The notes: generated from the letters alone by a model not told the origin. 64,000 nt of DNA from an uncultured Desulfobacter sp. (GCA_963665095.1 OY762069.1:6592001-6656000), one strand, 5' to 3'; positions 8,925 to 20,741 are shown, numbered from the stretch's first letter. A program made the numbers and translations.

Positions 8925-10481
8925 ATGTCAGCTATGAAAAAATTATTTTTTATACGCAACAGCATGCTGGCTGGCAATTTGTCTGCTGGTTTATTCGGGC
9001 TGGGTGCTTTTTTTGCCATCGAAGGATTAGGGGTTGCACTTACGCCGGGTAAGGTGGCTCCGGCATTGCTTCAAATCCACCTGATTTGCTTTGGCATTGC
9101 TTTTCTGGTTCAGATCGGCGTGTCCCTGTATTATGAAAGCCCCATACGCAGATTTTGGTACAAAGGTAAAAATATCCAAGATGCCGATCCTTCTGAAAAA
9201 ATGGTGTGCCGGAAACGGCTTTTAAACGAGCCTTTTTCTCTACTTATCATAGATATGCTGACATGGCTTCTGGCTGCCATGCTTCATGCCCTGGTCTTTT
9301 ATCTTAAAGGCGTAACCGGCACTTTTTTAATTCGGATATGCTGCCAGATCCTTTTGGTAGGGTTTTTTACCACGACCATGGCTTTTTTTGTGCTGGAGTG
9401 GATTCTGACCTCCCGTCTGGTGTATATTTTTTTCCCCAATGGGGGCCTGCACAAAGTCCCCGGCACCTTCCGGATCAAGATCAGCACCCGCCTGACTGCC
9501 CTGCTGGTGGGTATCAGCATAATTCCCCTGACAGCCTTTTCCCTGATGAGTTTGTCCACAAATTCCTCGCCTTTGCCTGCAGATGAACTCATTGTAGTTT
9601 TCCGCAGAGCCGTTCAATATAACGCAGCCGGGTTTCTGCTGGAAGGAATCCTTCTGGTCTGGTTGGTTGGCGCCAGCTTAACGCGTCCTTTTTCTGACAT
9701 CATCCGGCAGGTGTCCCGGATCAGCAACGGTGAGTTTACCGGCCGGATACCCGTTAAGACCAACGATGAGATTGGATACACGTCTGAAATCATCAATGAA
9801 ATGTCCGAAGGCCTGCTGGAGCGTGAACTCATCAAAGATGCCTTTGGCAGATACGTCTCCACGGATATCCGGGACGCTGTGCTGTCCGGCGCCATTCCCC
9901 TGGACGGTGAGCAAAAGGACGTCACGGTCCTGTTTGCGGATCTGGCGGATTTTTCCTCGCTGATCGAAAATCATGACCCCAAGCAGTCCGTCGTCATGAT
10001 GAACCGATATTTTACGGAAATGGACCGGGCTGTAAAAGCGAATAACGGGCTTGTCCTTCAGTTTATCGGAGATGAAATATATGCGGTATTCGGTGCGCCC
10101 ATGGCAGATCCTGACCACCCGGCCCATGCCGTCAATGCCGCATTGAAAATGGAACAGAATCTGGCCCGTTTGAATCAACAGTTTGAGGCTGAGGGGCTGC
10201 CAAGGCTTTGCCATAGGATTGGCGTCCACTCGGGCAGCGCCCTTGCCGCCAACATGGGAAGCCCGGACCGGATGTCCTATTTGCTGGTGGGAAATACCGT
10301 AAACATAGCCTCCCGGCTACAGGAACTCAATAAAACCTATGATACCCGGATATTAATGTCCGGAAGAACTCATGACAAACTCTCCTCTGGCGTTCTTGCC
10401 GCCATGGACTGTGTCCCTTTGGGAGAGGCTTCAGTAAAAGGCATTACGAATAAAATTCCGGTTTATTCCCTCTCCTGCTAA
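8925..10481 (+). CDS. Membrane class III adenylate/guanylate cyclase with HAMP domain
   Basis: Several TM helices, HAMP (NDEIG), VTVLFADL, FIGDEIYAVFGAP, RIGVHSG, VGNTVNIASRLQ. Confidence 0.92.
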   Translation: MSAMKKLFFIRNSMLAGNLSAGLFGLGAFFAIEGLGVALTPGKVAPALLQIHLICFGIAFLVQIGVSLYYESPIRRFWYKGKNIQDADPSEKMVCRKRLLNEPFSLLIIDMLTWLLAAMLHALVFYLKGVTGTFLIRICCQILLVGFFTTTMAFFVLEWILTSRLVYIFFPNGGLHKVPGTFRIKISTRLTALLVGISIIPLTAFSLMSLSTNSSPLPADELIVVFRRAVQYNAAGFLLEGILLVWLVGASLTRPFSDIIRQVSRISNGEFTGRIPVKTNDEIGYTSEIINEMSEGLLERELIKDAFGRYVSTDIRDAVLSGAIPLDGEQKDVTVLFADLADFSSLIENHDPKQSVVMMNRYFTEMDRAVKANNGLVLQFIGDEIYAVFGAPMADPDHPAHAVNAALKMEQNLARLNQQFEAEGLPRLCHRIGVHSGSALAANMGSPDRMSYLLVGNTVNIASRLQELNKTYDTRILMSGRTHDKLSSGVLAAMDCVPLGEASVKGITNKIPVYSLSC

Positions 10482-10537
10482 AATTTTAAACTCCCTCAAT
10501 ATTGAGTCCGGAACCGGGCTGGGGATTGGGAGTAGGA

Positions 10538-10569
10538 ACGACGGTTTTCACCAATGGGAAAACCGTCGT
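10538..10569. terminator. Hairpin between convergent cyclase and amidohydrolase genes
   Basis: ACGACGGTTTTC / GAAAACCGTCGT perfect 12-bp stem; no clear U-tract. Confidence 0.55.
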
Positions 10570-10581
10570 GTGAATTTATGC

Positions 10582-11886
10582 TTAATGTGAATTTAAATAA
10601 TCAACCGCCAGATTGGCCATGGCCTTTACGCCAATGACCAGGGCTTTTTCGTCCGAATCAAAATAGGGGGAATGATTGGGATAGAATTTAGCATCCTTGG
10701 CTCTGGTTCCCAGGACAAAGAACATGGCGGGTATCTTTTCTGTGTAAAATGCAAAATCTTCAGCCCCAGTGACCGGGGTTTGAATAAAGCAGTGCTCTTT
10801 GCCTACAATGCCCTGAAGCGTCGGGACCATTGCACGGGTCAGCTCCACATTATTAAAGGTGACAGGCGTGCCCTTGTTGATCTTGACTTCAGCTGTTGCG
10901 CCGGAAGCTTTGGCAATGTTCTCTGCCCGCTGCGTGATTTTTGCGTGGAGCAGTTCCCTGATGGAAGGATCCAATGCCCGGATGGTACCAACCATTTCTA
11001 CTTCAGACGGGACAATGTTGTTGCGCACACCACCGGAAATTTTTCCCACGGTAATGACTGCTGCTGATGTGGTCAGATTCGCTTCCCGGCTGACAATGGT
11101 CTGCAGTCCCAGAATAATCTGGGCGGACACCACGACAGGGTCAACACCAAACCAGGGCATGCCGCCGTGGCATTGCTTGCCTGTTACCTTGATTTCAAAC
11201 GTGTCTGCGCTTGCCAGAAGACCTCCCTCACGGTAACTGATGGTGCCGGACGGGGTCGGGAATACATGCAAACCGAAAATAGCATCTACATCCGGGTTTT
11301 TGAGTACGCCCTCGGCTATCATCAGATCCGCACCGCCCTCTTCCCCGACAGGAGATCCTTCTTCAGCAGGCTGGAAGATAAATTTGACTGTCCCGGGCAG
11401 TTTGTCTTTTAACTGACTTAATACGGATGCCGCACCAAGTAATATGGCCATATGATTATCGTGCCCGCAGGCGTGCATGATATCGACTTCCTTGCCGTTG
11501 TATTCCCCTTTAGCCTTGGATGCAAAGGGAAGCCCTGTCAGTTCTTTGACCGGCAGTGCGTCCATATCAGCGCGGAGCCCTACAACGGGGCCATCCTTTT
11601 TCCCGCGCAGGATGCCCACCACGCCCGTATGGGCAATACCGGTCTGAACTTCCATGCCCATTTTCGTCAGCAGCTCTGCAATTATCTTGCTGGTTCTGAA
11701 TTCCCGGTTGGAAAGCTCTGGATTCTGATGAAAGTCGCGCCGCCATTCAATTACTTTGGGTTCAACAGTGGCAGCCAGTGTCTTAATTTCACCGGAAAGG
11801 ACCCCGGCATCAGAAATAGCCGAAAATCCACCTGATACCAGACTCAATGCCACAATTGCCACAAAAAAATATCTGCGTCCCCACAT
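10582..11886 (-). CDS. Exported M20D-family amidohydrolase / carboxypeptidase
   Basis: Signal peptide; HQNPELS, LRADMDALP, MHACGHD, FQPAEEG, AEDF, NHSP motifs. Confidence 0.93.
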   Translation of the reverse strand: MWGRRYFFVAIVALSLVSGGFSAISDAGVLSGEIKTLAATVEPKVIEWRRDFHQNPELSNREFRTSKIIAELLTKMGMEVQTGIAHTGVVGILRGKKDGPVVGLRADMDALPVKELTGLPFASKAKGEYNGKEVDIMHACGHDNHMAILLGAASVLSQLKDKLPGTVKFIFQPAEEGSPVGEEGGADLMIAEGVLKNPDVDAIFGLHVFPTPSGTISYREGGLLASADTFEIKVTGKQCHGGMPWFGVDPVVVSAQIILGLQTIVSREANLTTSAAVITVGKISGGVRNNIVPSEVEMVGTIRALDPSIRELLHAKITQRAENIAKASGATAEVKINKGTPVTFNNVELTRAMVPTLQGIVGKEHCFIQTPVTGAEDFAFYTEKIPAMFFVLGTRAKDAKFYPNHSPYFDSDEKALVIGVKAMANLAVDYLNSH

Positions 11887-12160
11887 AATAATTCTCCTTT
11901 ACAACACATAAACAGTTAATAGAAAATTGATTCGGGAATTCTTTATATTTCAAAGAGTTCAAATCCCCCAGCCCGTGAATCATGTACGATAGGATCTCGG
12001 CTTTGTCAATGGCAACTTCTTGATGATATCAGGGGGCGCAGATCCCCCTTTTAACAGTTGATGTTTTTCGTAATTGCATATGTCGATATTGACATATCGG
12101 TCTGGTGTGATAGAACGCAGGTATCCTTTTGACGGAACACTTGAAAAGGGAAGAAAATGC

Positions 12161-12871
12161 ATGGGTAATATTGATATGCTGCATTCATACGACAGAATAG
12201 ACAGACTTATTGAATACAATGAGAATTTAGAAAAACAGATGGATCTGATTCAACTCAACGAGCGCGTCATTGAATCAAATCTTGAGGATTTGGAATCCAT
12301 ACTGACTGTTTCTGACAGCATTGAAAAATATTCTTTATGCAGACTGACGGAATTAACGCTGTCCTGTGTGGAGAACTATTCAAATAATTATTGCATCACC
12401 GAGGTTGGGGACTTTTTGATTAATCCGCGCCTCATACTTGTTCATGTCAGAGGAGAGGCCAGGCCGGTTATAAAAGAGAGGCATACACGATTATCAGACC
12501 AGTTCAAAGACAGAGCATGTGAGAACTGCCCCGTCACTGAATGGCTCAGGCTTAATACCATGACTGAAACAGTCAAAAAGCCAATCCTGCCCCATTTGCT
12601 GGATCTGCTAAAAAAAAATTGTTGCCCTGAAGAATACATCACATCAGTTAAAAAAAGAATGAATTCAATCATTGACCTTCTCAGCCATCTCCACATGGGA
12701 GGCATACACCGGGAAATGAATATTGAAGCGTGGAAATCCTCACTGGGCGAAAATGACAGGATAATGCTGGCGGAGCTTTTTTTAAAATTTGATACTACTG
12801 TTTTTGATGCTTTAGGCGAAAAAATACGAGGGATGTATCAAACCGACCAGCTCTGTCAAAGTTTGTCATAG
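12161..12871 (+). CDS. Hypothetical protein
   Basis: Open 236-codon frame with purine-rich SD; no recognisable motif; start uncertain. Confidence 0.65.
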   Translation: MGNIDMLHSYDRIDRLIEYNENLEKQMDLIQLNERVIESNLEDLESILTVSDSIEKYSLCRLTELTLSCVENYSNNYCITEVGDFLINPRLILVHVRGEARPVIKERHTRLSDQFKDRACENCPVTEWLRLNTMTETVKKPILPHLLDLLKKNCCPEEYITSVKKRMNSIIDLLSHLHMGGIHREMNIEAWKSSLGENDRIMLAELFLKFDTTVFDALGEKIRGMYQTDQLCQSLS

Positions 12872-13046
12872 GTCCCAATCTGCCCGAAACCTGCCTGGCA
12901 GATCGCTACCTGATATTTTTATTTTTCCGGCCTATGTTGACAAGAAGTCTTCTCCTATTCTATATCCTATTATCCTGAATTCGTATTAAAAATGATTTTC
13001 GCTTGCGACAGTTCAATGGACATGATTTCATGGGGAGGTTGAAGAG

Positions 13047-15815
13047 GTGATGCTCAAATCGCTGAGATCAAGAATACTGGTAATCGTTATCTCTGTGATG
13101 GTTTCAACAATTGCGGGCATTGCGTTTTTTGTTCAAAAAGAGGTCATCACCACCCTGTCTGAAGTCTACGATGACAGTGTGAAAAATCTTTTGAATTCAG
13201 TCGTTCTGAATGTTGAAAATCAGTATAAAAGCCTGCTTTTTCAAAAAAAGACCTCCCTTGATATAAGAAAAACCGACAGCAAACATATTGTCACCACAGC
13301 ATTTGGGGTGATTGAAGAATTATATCACAAACAGCAGCAGGGGGTTCTTTCCGAACAGCAGGCCATGGACCAGGCCAAATCCTATCTTCGGAGCATGCGA
13401 TACAACAACGGTGTGGGGTATATCTGGATTAACGATATGGGGCGGCCAATCCCCAGAATGATTATGCATGGCGCCATGCCGGAACTCGATGGTCAGATCT
13501 TTGACGATCCAAAATACAATTGTGCCCTTGGAATCAAAAAAAATTTGCTCCAGGCATTCATGGAAACCTGTCTGGAACATGGACAGGGTTATGTGGACTA
13601 CCAGTGGCCCAAACCCACCCAGAGTGGTGTAACAATGTTCCAGCCGAAAATTTCATATGTACGCCTGTTCAAACCATGGAACTGGGTTGTGGGAACCGGT
13701 GTCTATTTTGAAGATATTGAAGCGGATTCGCAAAAAAGACTGGATGCCATTATCCTGGAACTTAAGCAGACCATTTCCAGTGTTCATTTTTTTAAAACCG
13801 GGTATATGTTTATTTTCAACCGTGAGAAACAGATCCTGGTTCATCCTGTTCTTTCCGGTTCTGACGGCAGCGTTCTTAAGGATTCCAGGACCAGCTCCCC
13901 TCTTCTGGACAATCTGATCCATGCATCGAAAACACCTGAAAAGCCCTATGAGTATTTATGGAGTAAAAATTTGCAGGACAGGGGAGAGATCAAACACTTA
14001 AAACGGGCATATGTCAGGTATTTTGAACCCATGGGCTGGTATATTGCCTGTTCCGTATATGTGGATGAGGTGGAGGCGGTTTCACATGCACTTGTCACCT
14101 ATATTCTCACCCTTTCGGGCTTCTTTGTTCTGGCCGCCATTCTTTTTTCGGTTTTTATTTCCAGAACCCTGACAAAGCCCTTAAGTGAGCTGATGTTTTC
14201 TGCAGAACGGATTGAAAGGCAGGGGGTATTTTCCGGAAAAATGCCCGTCACCGGAACAATTGAAACCAAGGCTCTGGGGACTATTTTAAATAAGATGATG
14301 GATTCCATCAGTGCCTCGGTCAATGAAAAGGAAAATTTGCTGACGGCGCTGAAGGATGCACACGATGAGCTGGAGCAAAGGGTGCATGACCGCACCAATG
14401 ACCTTGAAAAAGCCAATCAGGATCTGGTGGATGCCAAGGAAAAAGCCGAGGTTGCCAATAAGTCCAAAAGCGTGTTCCTGGCAAACATGTCCCATGAAAT
14501 CCGTACGCCCATGAACGCCATCCTGGGCCATGCCCAGATCATGGCCAGGGATAAGACGATGACGGTCCAGCAGCAAAAAGGTGTGGCTGCGATCAATCGG
14601 AGCGGAGAACATTTACTCAACCTGATCAACGATGTGCTGGATATGTCAAAAATTGAGGCCGGAAAGATAAAAATTCTTAAGTCGTCCTTTCGGCTTCATT
14701 CATTGGTTGGTGAAATAGGGGAGATGTTCCGGATTCGGATGGACCAGAAAAATCTGCAGTTCGAAACCTTTTTGTCCCCGGATCTGCCTGATCTGATCAG
14801 GGCGGATGAGGGACGGGTAAGGCAGATCATCCTTAATCTTGTGGGAAATGCCGTCAAGTTTACGGATCAAGGGGGTATCATCATAAAGGCGTCCTTGGAG
14901 GACCGGTTCATAAAAATCGTTGTTTCAGATACAGGGTACGGCATCCCCGAAGAGAGTCTGGAGACAATTTTTCAAGCCTTTGAGCAGTCGGAAAAGGGGA
15001 TGCAGACAGCAGGGGGCACAGGCTTAGGACTCGCAATCAGCCGGCAGATGGCAAGGCTCATGGGAGGTGACATCGTTGTCGAGAGCACTGTGGGGAAAGG
15101 GTCACGCTTTTTTTTCACCTTTGAATTCACACAAGGGGATAAACAAGAGATCTCAAGCAACCTGCCTGAACGGCATGTAATAAAAATCGCTCCAGGACAT
15201 GATAAGATTAAAGTGCTTGTGGTGGATGACAGAGAGGAGAACAGGCAAATTGTCAAACTGATGCTTGAGCCACTAGACTTTATTCTTACCGAAGCGGTCA
15301 ATGGAAAGGAGGCAGTTGAGATATTTAAGGCCTGGAAACCTCAAGTTATTATCATGGATGTGGTCATGCCGGTGATGGACGGCGTTGAAGCGACAAACCA
15401 GATCAGAGCCCATGAAGACGGTGCTGATACCTTTATTCTTGTACTCAGTGCCAGCGCTCTGGATCAGGAAAGGGAGCAGGTAATGAAAAACGGGGCGGAC
15501 GTCTTCATGAAAAAACCCTTTAAAGCCGCGAAACTTCTTGAACAGATCCGTATTCACACCGGAATTGAATATGAGTATGAAGAAATCCAGGGCCAGAGCA
15601 GGCCATGTGACACAGAGAAGTTCGATCCCAAAACCATTGCAGCGCTGCCCATGTCGATCAGAAATGAAATAAAGGATGCGGCGGTTCTGGGGAAAATGGA
15701 CGAACTTGAGGATCTGGTTTCCCGGATCAGTGATATCGATACGGGAATTGCTGCGCATTTAAAAGGGCTTGTGGAGGATTTTGAGTTGGAAATAATTCAG
15801 AATCTTTTTACTTAA
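13047..15815 (+). CDS. Cache-domain/HAMP hybrid sensor histidine kinase
   Basis: Cache motifs ([25 protein letters not shown]), [28 protein letters not shown]. Confidence 0.93.
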   Translation: MMLKSLRSRILVIVISVMVSTIAGIAFFVQKEVITTLSEVYDDSVKNLLNSVVLNVENQYKSLLFQKKTSLDIRKTDSKHIVTTAFGVIEELYHKQQQGVLSEQQAMDQAKSYLRSMRYNNGVGYIWINDMGRPIPRMIMHGAMPELDGQIFDDPKYNCALGIKKNLLQAFMETCLEHGQGYVDYQWPKPTQSGVTMFQPKISYVRLFKPWNWVVGTGVYFEDIEADSQKRLDAIILELKQTISSVHFFKTGYMFIFNREKQILVHPVLSGSDGSVLKDSRTSSPLLDNLIHASKTPEKPYEYLWSKNLQDRGEIKHLKRAYVRYFEPMGWYIACSVYVDEVEAVSHALVTYILTLSGFFVLAAILFSVFISRTLTKPLSELMFSAERIERQGVFSGKMPVTGTIETKALGTILNKMMDSISASVNEKENLLTALKDAHDELEQRVHDRTNDLEKANQDLVDAKEKAEVANKSKSVFLANMSHEIRTPMNAILGHAQIMARDKTMTVQQQKGVAAINRSGEHLLNLINDVLDMSKIEAGKIKILKSSFRLHSLVGEIGEMFRIRMDQKNLQFETFLSPDLPDLIRADEGRVRQIILNLVGNAVKFTDQGGIIIKASLEDRFIKIVVSDTGYGIPEESLETIFQAFEQSEKGMQTAGGTGLGLAISRQMARLMGGDIVVESTVGKGSRFFFTFEFTQGDKQEISSNLPERHVIKIAPGHDKIKVLVVDDREENRQIVKLMLEPLDFILTEAVNGKEAVEIFKAWKPQVIIMDVVMPVMDGVEATNQIRAHEDGADTFILVLSASALDQEREQVMKNGADVFMKKPFKAAKLLEQIRIHTGIEYEYEEIQGQSRPCDTEKFDPKTIAALPMSIRNEIKDAAVLGKMDELEDLVSRISDIDTGIAAHLKGLVEDFELEIIQNLFT

Positions 15816-15839
15816 ATTACAAATCAGGTAAGGGGTGGA

Positions 15840-16319
15840 ATGAACATGGAACAGATGAAAGGCGAATTACTGATTGTTGACGATAATCCTGAAAATCTGC
15901 GTGTGCTCAATTCAATGCTCAAACAGGAAGGATATAGTGTCCGGGCGGCAAAGAACGCCAAACAGGCGCTGGCAAGTATTGACAGCTCTGAACCGGACCT
16001 GATGCTTCTTGATGTCCATATGCCGGAAATGGACGGCTTTGAGCTGTGTCAGCAGATTAAAGCCCGATCTGAGTTTCATAATCTTCCGATTATTTTTTTA
16101 AGCGCCCTGAATGACACGTTTAATAAAAAGCAGGGGTTTGACGCAGGCGCGGTGGATTACATGACCAAACCCTTTGATGTTGAGGAGGTAAAGATCAGGA
16201 TCAGAACCCATCTTGAGCTTAAGGCCAGCCTGATGGAACTGGATCACCTTAAACAGGAAATCGCCAAAAGAGATAAAGAGATAGAAACATTGAAGAAAAG
16301 ACTGAATACAGTTTCGTGA
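15840..16319 (+). CDS. Response regulator (REC plus coiled coil)
   Basis: IVDDNPEN, LLDVHMP, YMTKPF. Confidence 0.92.
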   Translation: MNMEQMKGELLIVDDNPENLRVLNSMLKQEGYSVRAAKNAKQALASIDSSEPDLMLLDVHMPEMDGFELCQQIKARSEFHNLPIIFLSALNDTFNKKQGFDAGAVDYMTKPFDVEEVKIRIRTHLELKASLMELDHLKQEIAKRDKEIETLKKRLNTVS

Positions 16320-16361
16320 ATAAATCAATCCTATATCGGCAAATACGAAAGGAAGTGTGGA

Positions 16362-18311
16362 ATGGATGCCATTTTGATAGCAGATGATAATCCGGAGAAT
16401 CTGAAAGTCCTTTCCAGGCTGTTGAGGCAGGCAGGGTACAGAATCCGGGCGGCAACCAACGGGCAGCAGGCGCTCGAAAGCTTCCAGGCAGAGCCGCCGG
16501 ATCTTGTCCTGCTTGATATTCAAATGCCGAAAATGGATGGATATGAAGTTTGTCGTTTGATAAAAGAACAGCCCTGTTACAAGTTAATCCCCGTGATATT
16601 CATCAGCGCCATGGGGGAGTCCTTCAATAAGGTCATGGCGTTCGAGGCCGGTGGCAGCGATTATATCACCAAACCCATCCAGACCGAGGAAGTCCTGGCC
16701 AGAGTTAAAACACATCTGGATCTGTATAAATACCAAAGGGAACTTACGGATAAAAACATTGAACTGCTGCAGCAGTTTAAAGCCACGTTTGAACAGGCGG
16801 CTGTGGGGATTGCCCATATTGATATAACTACCGGGCAATATCTGAAAGTGAACCAGCGCTTTGCCGACATCCTTGGCTATTCAAGGGATGAACTGGTGCA
16901 AAAGACATTAAGGGAAATTACCCACCCTGATTTTCATGAAGAGGACACCTTTCAGGTTGAACTGCTTAAAAAAAAACAGATCCGTTTTTTTGTTAAGGAA
17001 AAACAGTACCTGACCGCCGATGGTTCAAGCGTGTGGTGCAAGGTAACAGTGTCGCTTGCGGATTCTCAACAGGGGAAAACGCCCGGATATCTTTTGTCCA
17101 TCATCGAGGATATCTCCAAAACCAAGGAGATGGAACAGGAGCAGAAGGCGTATGAACGGCTTGTTTTGCAGATGCAAAGGATGGAAGCCATTGGAACGCT
17201 TGCCGGGGGCATTGCCCACGATTTCAACAATATCCTTACCGCCATCATTGGTTTTACGGAGATTGCCCTTGGAGAAGCGTCCAAAGGCACCGTACTGGAG
17301 GAAAGCCTTTATGAGGTATATTCTGCCGGGAAAAGAGCCCGAGAACTGGTGAAACAGATTCTTGCAGTTGGTCGCAGTTCTGATGAAAAAATAAGCCCCA
17401 TTCAGCCCGGAGAGATCACAAAGGAAGTTCTGAAGTTCCTTCGCTCCACCACCCCGGCCACCATTGATATTACCCACCAGATAGACAGTGACGCCTCAAT
17501 CATGGGCAATGCAACCCAGGTCCACCAGTTGTTCATGAACCTTTGTACAAATGCGATCCAGGCAATGGAAGATTCAGGCGGTGTTTTAAATGTGAGCATT
17601 AAAGAGGTGCGCATTAACAAGAAGGACCTCCTGACCGGCATGAAACCGGGACCCTACATCGAAATCAAGGTGTCGGATACAGGTGTCGGCATCGCCCCGG
17701 AATTGATGAAACTGGTTTTTGACCCTTATTTTACAACCAAGGTGCCCGGCGAAGGCACCGGTTTAGGACTGGCAACGGCCCACGGCATTATCAAAAGCTA
17801 CCAGGGTAAAATAGACGTTGACAGTCAACCGGGAAAGGGAGCGACATTCACCATACACCTTCCCGTCTGCCAAGCGCAGGCTAAGAAGCCTGCCGGTGAT
17901 CCGGGGAAGCTGCCATTGGGAAAAGAGCGTATCCTGCTGGTGGATGATGAAATTGCCATTGTCAAAATGGAAACCATACAGCTTGAACGTCTCGGTTATT
18001 CTGTAACCACCAAAATCAATGGCCATGATGCGTTGGAACTGTTCAGGAACAAGCCGAATGATTTTGATCTGGTCTTAACAGACATGACAATGCCGGACAT
18101 TACCGGGGACAAACTGGCCACTGAATTGATGAATATCAGACCCGATATTCCGATTATACTCTGTACTGGGTACAGTAAGCAGATTTCAGAAGAAACCGCT
18201 TCAGAAATGGGGATTAAGGCGTTCATCTATAAACCGGTTACAATGGCGGATATGGCCAAAACTATCCGCAATGTGCTTGATGGGGCAAACGGACAAAGCA
18301 TCGCCCCATGA
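16362..18311 (+). CDS. Cytoplasmic REC-PAS-HisKA-HATPase-REC hybrid kinase
   Basis: N- and C-terminal REC, PAS (FEQAAVGI), LAGGIAHDFNN, GTGLGL. Confidence 0.93.
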   Translation: MDAILIADDNPENLKVLSRLLRQAGYRIRAATNGQQALESFQAEPPDLVLLDIQMPKMDGYEVCRLIKEQPCYKLIPVIFISAMGESFNKVMAFEAGGSDYITKPIQTEEVLARVKTHLDLYKYQRELTDKNIELLQQFKATFEQAAVGIAHIDITTGQYLKVNQRFADILGYSRDELVQKTLREITHPDFHEEDTFQVELLKKKQIRFFVKEKQYLTADGSSVWCKVTVSLADSQQGKTPGYLLSIIEDISKTKEMEQEQKAYERLVLQMQRMEAIGTLAGGIAHDFNNILTAIIGFTEIALGEASKGTVLEESLYEVYSAGKRARELVKQILAVGRSSDEKISPIQPGEITKEVLKFLRSTTPATIDITHQIDSDASIMGNATQVHQLFMNLCTNAIQAMEDSGGVLNVSIKEVRINKKDLLTGMKPGPYIEIKVSDTGVGIAPELMKLVFDPYFTTKVPGEGTGLGLATAHGIIKSYQGKIDVDSQPGKGATFTIHLPVCQAQAKKPAGDPGKLPLGKERILLVDDEIAIVKMETIQLERLGYSVTTKINGHDALELFRNKPNDFDLVLTDMTMPDITGDKLATELMNIRPDIPIILCTGYSKQISEETASEMGIKAFIYKPVTMADMAKTIRNVLDGANGQSIAP

Positions 18312-18369
18312 TGATCTCATTTTGGGTTGCGTCCTTCTGATATTCAGGGTGGATCCTTATAAAAAAGCC

Positions 18370-18408
18370 TTGATCTATTTAATGGCAACTGGTATGACCT
18401 CTTACCAG
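18370..18408 (+). promoter_or_regulatory. Sigma70 promoter overlapped by a FadR-type operator
   Basis: TTGATC-17-TATGAC with extended TG. AACTGGTATGACCTCTT (18387-18403) resembles the enterobacterial FadR box; CTGGTA-N8-TACCAG dyad. Confidence 0.6.
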
Positions 18409-18440
18409 AAGCTTTTCATTTTAAACAACAAGGATCAAAC

Positions 18441-19157
18441 ATGCCCCTTCTGGATGCGGCCAATGCGGAAAAACCGTTGAAACCGGCGGAAATGGCCGAA
18501 CGAAAAATTCTTGAAGCCATTCTTGACGGCTCATATGGTCCGGGAGTCGCCCTTCCGGCCGAGCGGGTTCTTGCCCAGACCATCGGGGTGACACGGCCCA
18601 CAGTGAGAGAAACCCTTCAGCGGCTGGCCAGGGAAGGGTGGGTGACCATTGCCCATGGCCGGTCCACCCGGGTTAACGATTATCTGGCCAAAGGGGGCTT
18701 GGGGATTTTGAGCACGCTTGTGCGATATAAAGACTCCTTGTCCCATGAGATGATTCTCTCCTTGCTGAAAGCCCGGGTCCTGATGCTGCCCTCTGTGGCG
18801 TGTGAGGCCGTGAAAAGCGATGGCGCGGCTATTTCCGATTATCTGACCCCTTCCCTTGATCTGAATGCGTCTGCCCGGGATTTTTCACGTTTCGATATGG
18901 GGTTGCAGAACCTGATGGTTACCCTGATCGGAAATCCGGTTGTCTCTATGATATTCAATGATTTCAATCCTGTTTACAAGGTCATGGGACCGCGGTATTT
19001 CACCCTGTCGGAGGCAAGATCCCGCTCTTTGAATTATTACGAAGCACTTGCCCAAGCCATTGAAGATTGCCTTGATGTTCGCAGTCTTGTGGAAGTGGAG
19101 ATGCAGGCAGCCGTAAATATCTGGCAGATGGTGCCGCACCAGACAGGGGGCCTGTGA
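18441..19157 (+). CDS. fadR: Fatty acyl-CoA-responsive GntR regulator FadR homologue
   Basis: LPAERVLAQTIGVTRPTVRETLQRLAREGWVTIAHG..T.VNDY...GGLGILSTL and C-terminal GNPV...YF...EAR...YY match both domains of E. coli FadR. Confidence 0.8.
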   Translation: MPLLDAANAEKPLKPAEMAERKILEAILDGSYGPGVALPAERVLAQTIGVTRPTVRETLQRLAREGWVTIAHGRSTRVNDYLAKGGLGILSTLVRYKDSLSHEMILSLLKARVLMLPSVACEAVKSDGAAISDYLTPSLDLNASARDFSRFDMGLQNLMVTLIGNPVVSMIFNDFNPVYKVMGPRYFTLSEARSRSLNYYEALAQAIEDCLDVRSLVEVEMQAAVNIWQMVPHQTGGL

Positions 19158-20740
19158 TGAGGCTTGGGGACACGAAATCAGATTACGATATTGTGGTCAT
19201 CGGCGGCGGCGTTTCCGGTGCCGGGGTGTTCCATCGGGCCGTGAGTATGGGACTTTCAGCACTGATGGTGGAGGCAAGGGATTTTGCCTGGGGCACATCG
19301 AGCAGGTCTTCCAAAATGGTCCATGGAGGGCTGCGTTATCTGAAACAGGGAAAAATCGGGTTGACCCGGGCCTCTGTCAGGGAGCGCCAGCGCCTTTTAT
19401 CTGTCTATCCCGGTCTTGTGACACCGCTCTCCTTTGTCATGCCGCTTTATAAAGATCTGGGACCGTCCAAAACCGTGATGTCGGCCGGGTTGAATATTTA
19501 CAGTTTTATGGCCGGGCGCCGTCAGCATACTTTTTTTGACCCCGGGCTTCTGGAAGAGACCATTCCGGGGGTGCGCAAAGACCGTCTTGTTTCCGCAGTT
19601 GAGTTCCTCGACGCACAGGTGGATGATGCCCGCCTGGTGTTGCGCCTGATTTTTGACGGGTGCGATGCCGGCGGTCACGCTGTCAACTACGTCAAAGCGT
19701 TCAGCCTTGAGCGGGATGGCAGAGGCCGGGTCTGTGCCGTGAATCTTAAAAGTAGCGACACAGGTATTGAAAAAACAGTCAGGACCCGCGCGGTAATCAA
19801 TGCCACGGGCGCTTTCGCCGAAACCCTTCACCCAAGTCCGGTGAAGGACCTTCATATCCGTCCCCTGCGCGGCAGTCACCTGATTTTTTCAAACGAGAAG
19901 TACCGCCTTGACAAGGTGCTGACCTTTTCTCACCCGACAGACGGCCGGCCCGTGTTTATTTTTCCCTGGGAAACGTGTGTGGTGCTTGGTACCACAGATG
20001 TGGATCATGGTCCGGATTTGTGCCTTGAGCCAGCTATTTCTCAGGAAGAATCTGATTATCTCATGCAGGGACTTGATGCCATTCTGCCTGGAGCAGGGCT
20101 CACACAAGATGATGTCATGGCCACCATTGCCGGGGTTCGCCCGGTGCTGAGTAAAGCGAAAACCAATGCGTCTAAAGAGTCCAGGGACCATGCCGTGTGG
20201 ACGGACAACGGTCTTGTCACGGTCACCGGTGGTAAGCTCACCACCTTTGATCTCATTGCCAGGGATGCCTTAAAAGCAGCAGCGTCTTTTTTACCGGCCA
20301 GGGCGTTAGATAAAGATAATGGCTTTGTGGCGGAAGATGCCGGCGAAACAGGGATGCCATTGCCGGATTTCCCCGGGCTTGATCCGCAAAAAGCCCTGCG
20401 TCTGTCAGGACGTTACGGCAACAGGGCCTGCCAGTTGGTAAAACGCCTTGACACGCACACGAGAAAAGATCTGTTTGATCCTGTGGACCGGACCCGGACC
20501 CTTTGGGCGGAAATTTTGCATGCCGCGGCCTGCGAACAGGTCATGCACCTTGACGATCTGCTCCTGCGCCGGGTGCGGATAGGGCTGTTGCTGCCCAATG
20601 GCGGCATGGATGTGATGCCGCAGATTAAAGCGTTGACATCACCGGTGCTGGGCTGGGATGATGCGCAGTGGCAGCAGGAAATAACCGCTTATAAGAATGT
20701 GTGGCAACACCATTATTCACCAAATCCATGGCAGGTGTAA
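19154..20740 (+). CDS. glpD: FAD-dependent glycerol-3-phosphate dehydrogenase/oxidase family protein
   Basis: VIGGGVSGAG, GTSSRSSKMVHGGLRYL, DDARL, AGVRP, GGKLTT, LDDLLLRR. Confidence 0.85.
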   Translation: MMRLGDTKSDYDIVVIGGGVSGAGVFHRAVSMGLSALMVEARDFAWGTSSRSSKMVHGGLRYLKQGKIGLTRASVRERQRLLSVYPGLVTPLSFVMPLYKDLGPSKTVMSAGLNIYSFMAGRRQHTFFDPGLLEETIPGVRKDRLVSAVEFLDAQVDDARLVLRLIFDGCDAGGHAVNYVKAFSLERDGRGRVCAVNLKSSDTGIEKTVRTRAVINATGAFAETLHPSPVKDLHIRPLRGSHLIFSNEKYRLDKVLTFSHPTDGRPVFIFPWETCVVLGTTDVDHGPDLCLEPAISQEESDYLMQGLDAILPGAGLTQDDVMATIAGVRPVLSKAKTNASKESRDHAVWTDNGLVTVTGGKLTTFDLIARDALKAAASFLPARALDKDNGFVAEDAGETGMPLPDFPGLDPQKALRLSGRYGNRACQLVKRLDTHTRKDLFDPVDRTRTLWAEILHAAACEQVMHLDDLLLRRVRIGLLLPNGGMDVMPQIKALTSPVLGWDDAQWQQEITAYKNVWQHHYSPNPWQV

Positions 20741-20741
20741 T

